A stretch of 63,795 bases of DNA, the filler included, from Octopus bimaculoides (lineage: Eukaryota), in NCBI RefSeq assembly GCF_001194135.2. It is 6 parts of 6 records of this genome, joined end to end, with 100 filler letters (N's around TTAATTAATTAA, not from the genome) between each part and the next. Parts side by side here need not be neighbours in the genome. Positions count along the whole stretch, not along the records: positions 62,631 to 63,795 come from NC_068995.1; 5 more parts are not named here. The stretch is one strand, 5' to 3'. How positions within the stretch are numbered: the first letter of the stretch is position 1; every line of letters begins with the position of its first letter. Below, piece by piece: positions 62,531-63,795 of the stretch. The position numbers and the translations under genes were made by a program. The notes beneath the pieces are model-generated. The model did not search any database. It was given only the letters and a program-made list of their open reading frames with translations, and was not told the DNA's origin.

Positions 62531-62687
62531 NNNNNNNNNNNNNNNNNNNNNNNNNNNNNNNNNNNNNNNNNNNNTTAATTAATTAANNNNNNNNNNNNNN
62601 NNNNNNNNNNNNNNNNNNNNNNNNNNNNNNATATACGCGTGGTGTATGTGCGTGTTTATATAGGCGCATAAATTAATATTTATACGC

Positions 62688-62746
<59 letters not shown>

Positions 62747-62868
62747 TATGTGCCTCAGTGTATGTGTGTGTTCATACTTGCATCTACATGCATGCATGCA
62801 CACATTCATATATATACATACACATTTATACCTACATACATACATACATACATACATACACACACATG

Positions 62869-62902
<34 letters not shown>

Positions 62903-63309
62903 TATGCACACACACACATACATACATACATACATAGATATCTGTATGTATGTGTATATATCTGTGGCAAATGCCTATTTATTTCATCATATGCTTTTCA
63001 TTTGTTGAAAACTGAGAGGTCTTGATTAAAATCCGTCAAAGTCGTCTTTATTTACAGACCCTAATTTCAGTTTTATAGGTCAACTGGCACAGACACTTTG
63101 TTATCTTAGACCCACCAAGGGTAGTGGTGGTGGTGGTGGTAACAGGGTAAGGGACGGGCTGGAGATCGGNNNNNNNNNNATATATACATATACATATATA
63201 TACATACATGCATGCATACATACCTACATACACACAGACGTACGTACATACGCACATACACAGATACATACACACACACTTACATACATACATACAAACA
63301 TACATACAG

Positions 63310-63570
63310 CGGATGTTAATACAAGGCTGAGGATCAGTGAAAAAGAGAACAGCTATGCTGAACTATTGAGAAATCTGCAGTTACTCTATCCAGATTACAA
63401 GTTCAGGTTTATACCTGTAATTACTGGGGCTCTGGGATATGTAACACACTGCCTAAATACCAATGTTGATAAACTAGAATTCTCAAAACCAGAAAGCAGA
63501 AAGCTAATTCGAAGACTGCAGATCCAATCCATCACTGGAACTGTAAAAATCTGTAAAACTTCGCAGAAGT
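63310..63570 (+). mobile_element. R4/Dong-type C-terminal (RLE) fragment
   Basis: LRNLQLLYPDYKFRFIPVITGALGYVTHCL...LQIQSITGTVKICK. Confidence 0.7.
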
Positions 63571-63795
63571 TTATCATTTATATATATATGAACATGTCTA
63601 GATATGCAACTATATGCACGAGAATGCATACATAAAGCAAAACATACAAACCTGCACATATACATACACACACACGCAAACATGCACATACGGGGCCTGA
63701 TGTATCATAACACATTTTATGTAAAATTCATCAAAATGTTTGTTTAAGGTTTGGAGTAGAGGTCATGGTATATATATATATATATATATATATAT

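Overview
Eukaryotic, AT-rich, microsatellite-saturated draft-assembly DNA with many N gaps. The SINE families, repeat style and HSPA12 exon point to an invertebrate, most likely an octopus (inference from recalled repeat families, not a database hit). Only one host gene segment is supported: an 887-bp coding exon of an HSPA12-family (atypical Hsp70) gene at 45281-46167 (+), possibly preceded by a 40-nt first coding exon. The rest is intronic or intergenic and is dominated by decayed transposons: CR1-type LINEs, R4/Dong-type and RTE LINE fragments, Penelope-like (PLE) RT and GIY-YIG fragments, an internally deleted Helitron, several mariners, a Buster/hAT transposase relic, a pogo-type MITE and at least five tRNA-derived SINE families. 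Most long ORFs in the supplied track are artefacts of N runs or microsatellites. The most interesting signals are RNA-structural. (1) A three-copy element joins a tRNA-like Pol III head to a minimal type I hammerhead ribozyme (HHR) and a PLE-like tail. (2) An apparently intact type I HHR at 3953-4087 carries a long structured stem-II insert. (3) A ~40-nt double stem-loop tail is shared, with a compensatory base pair, between a CR1-type LINE and the most abundant CORE-like SINE, which suggests a LINE-SINE partnership. (4) Several fold-back elements sit next to (TA)n tracts and probably derive from PLE terminal repeats. All coordinates and alignments were read by eye; novelty could not be checked.
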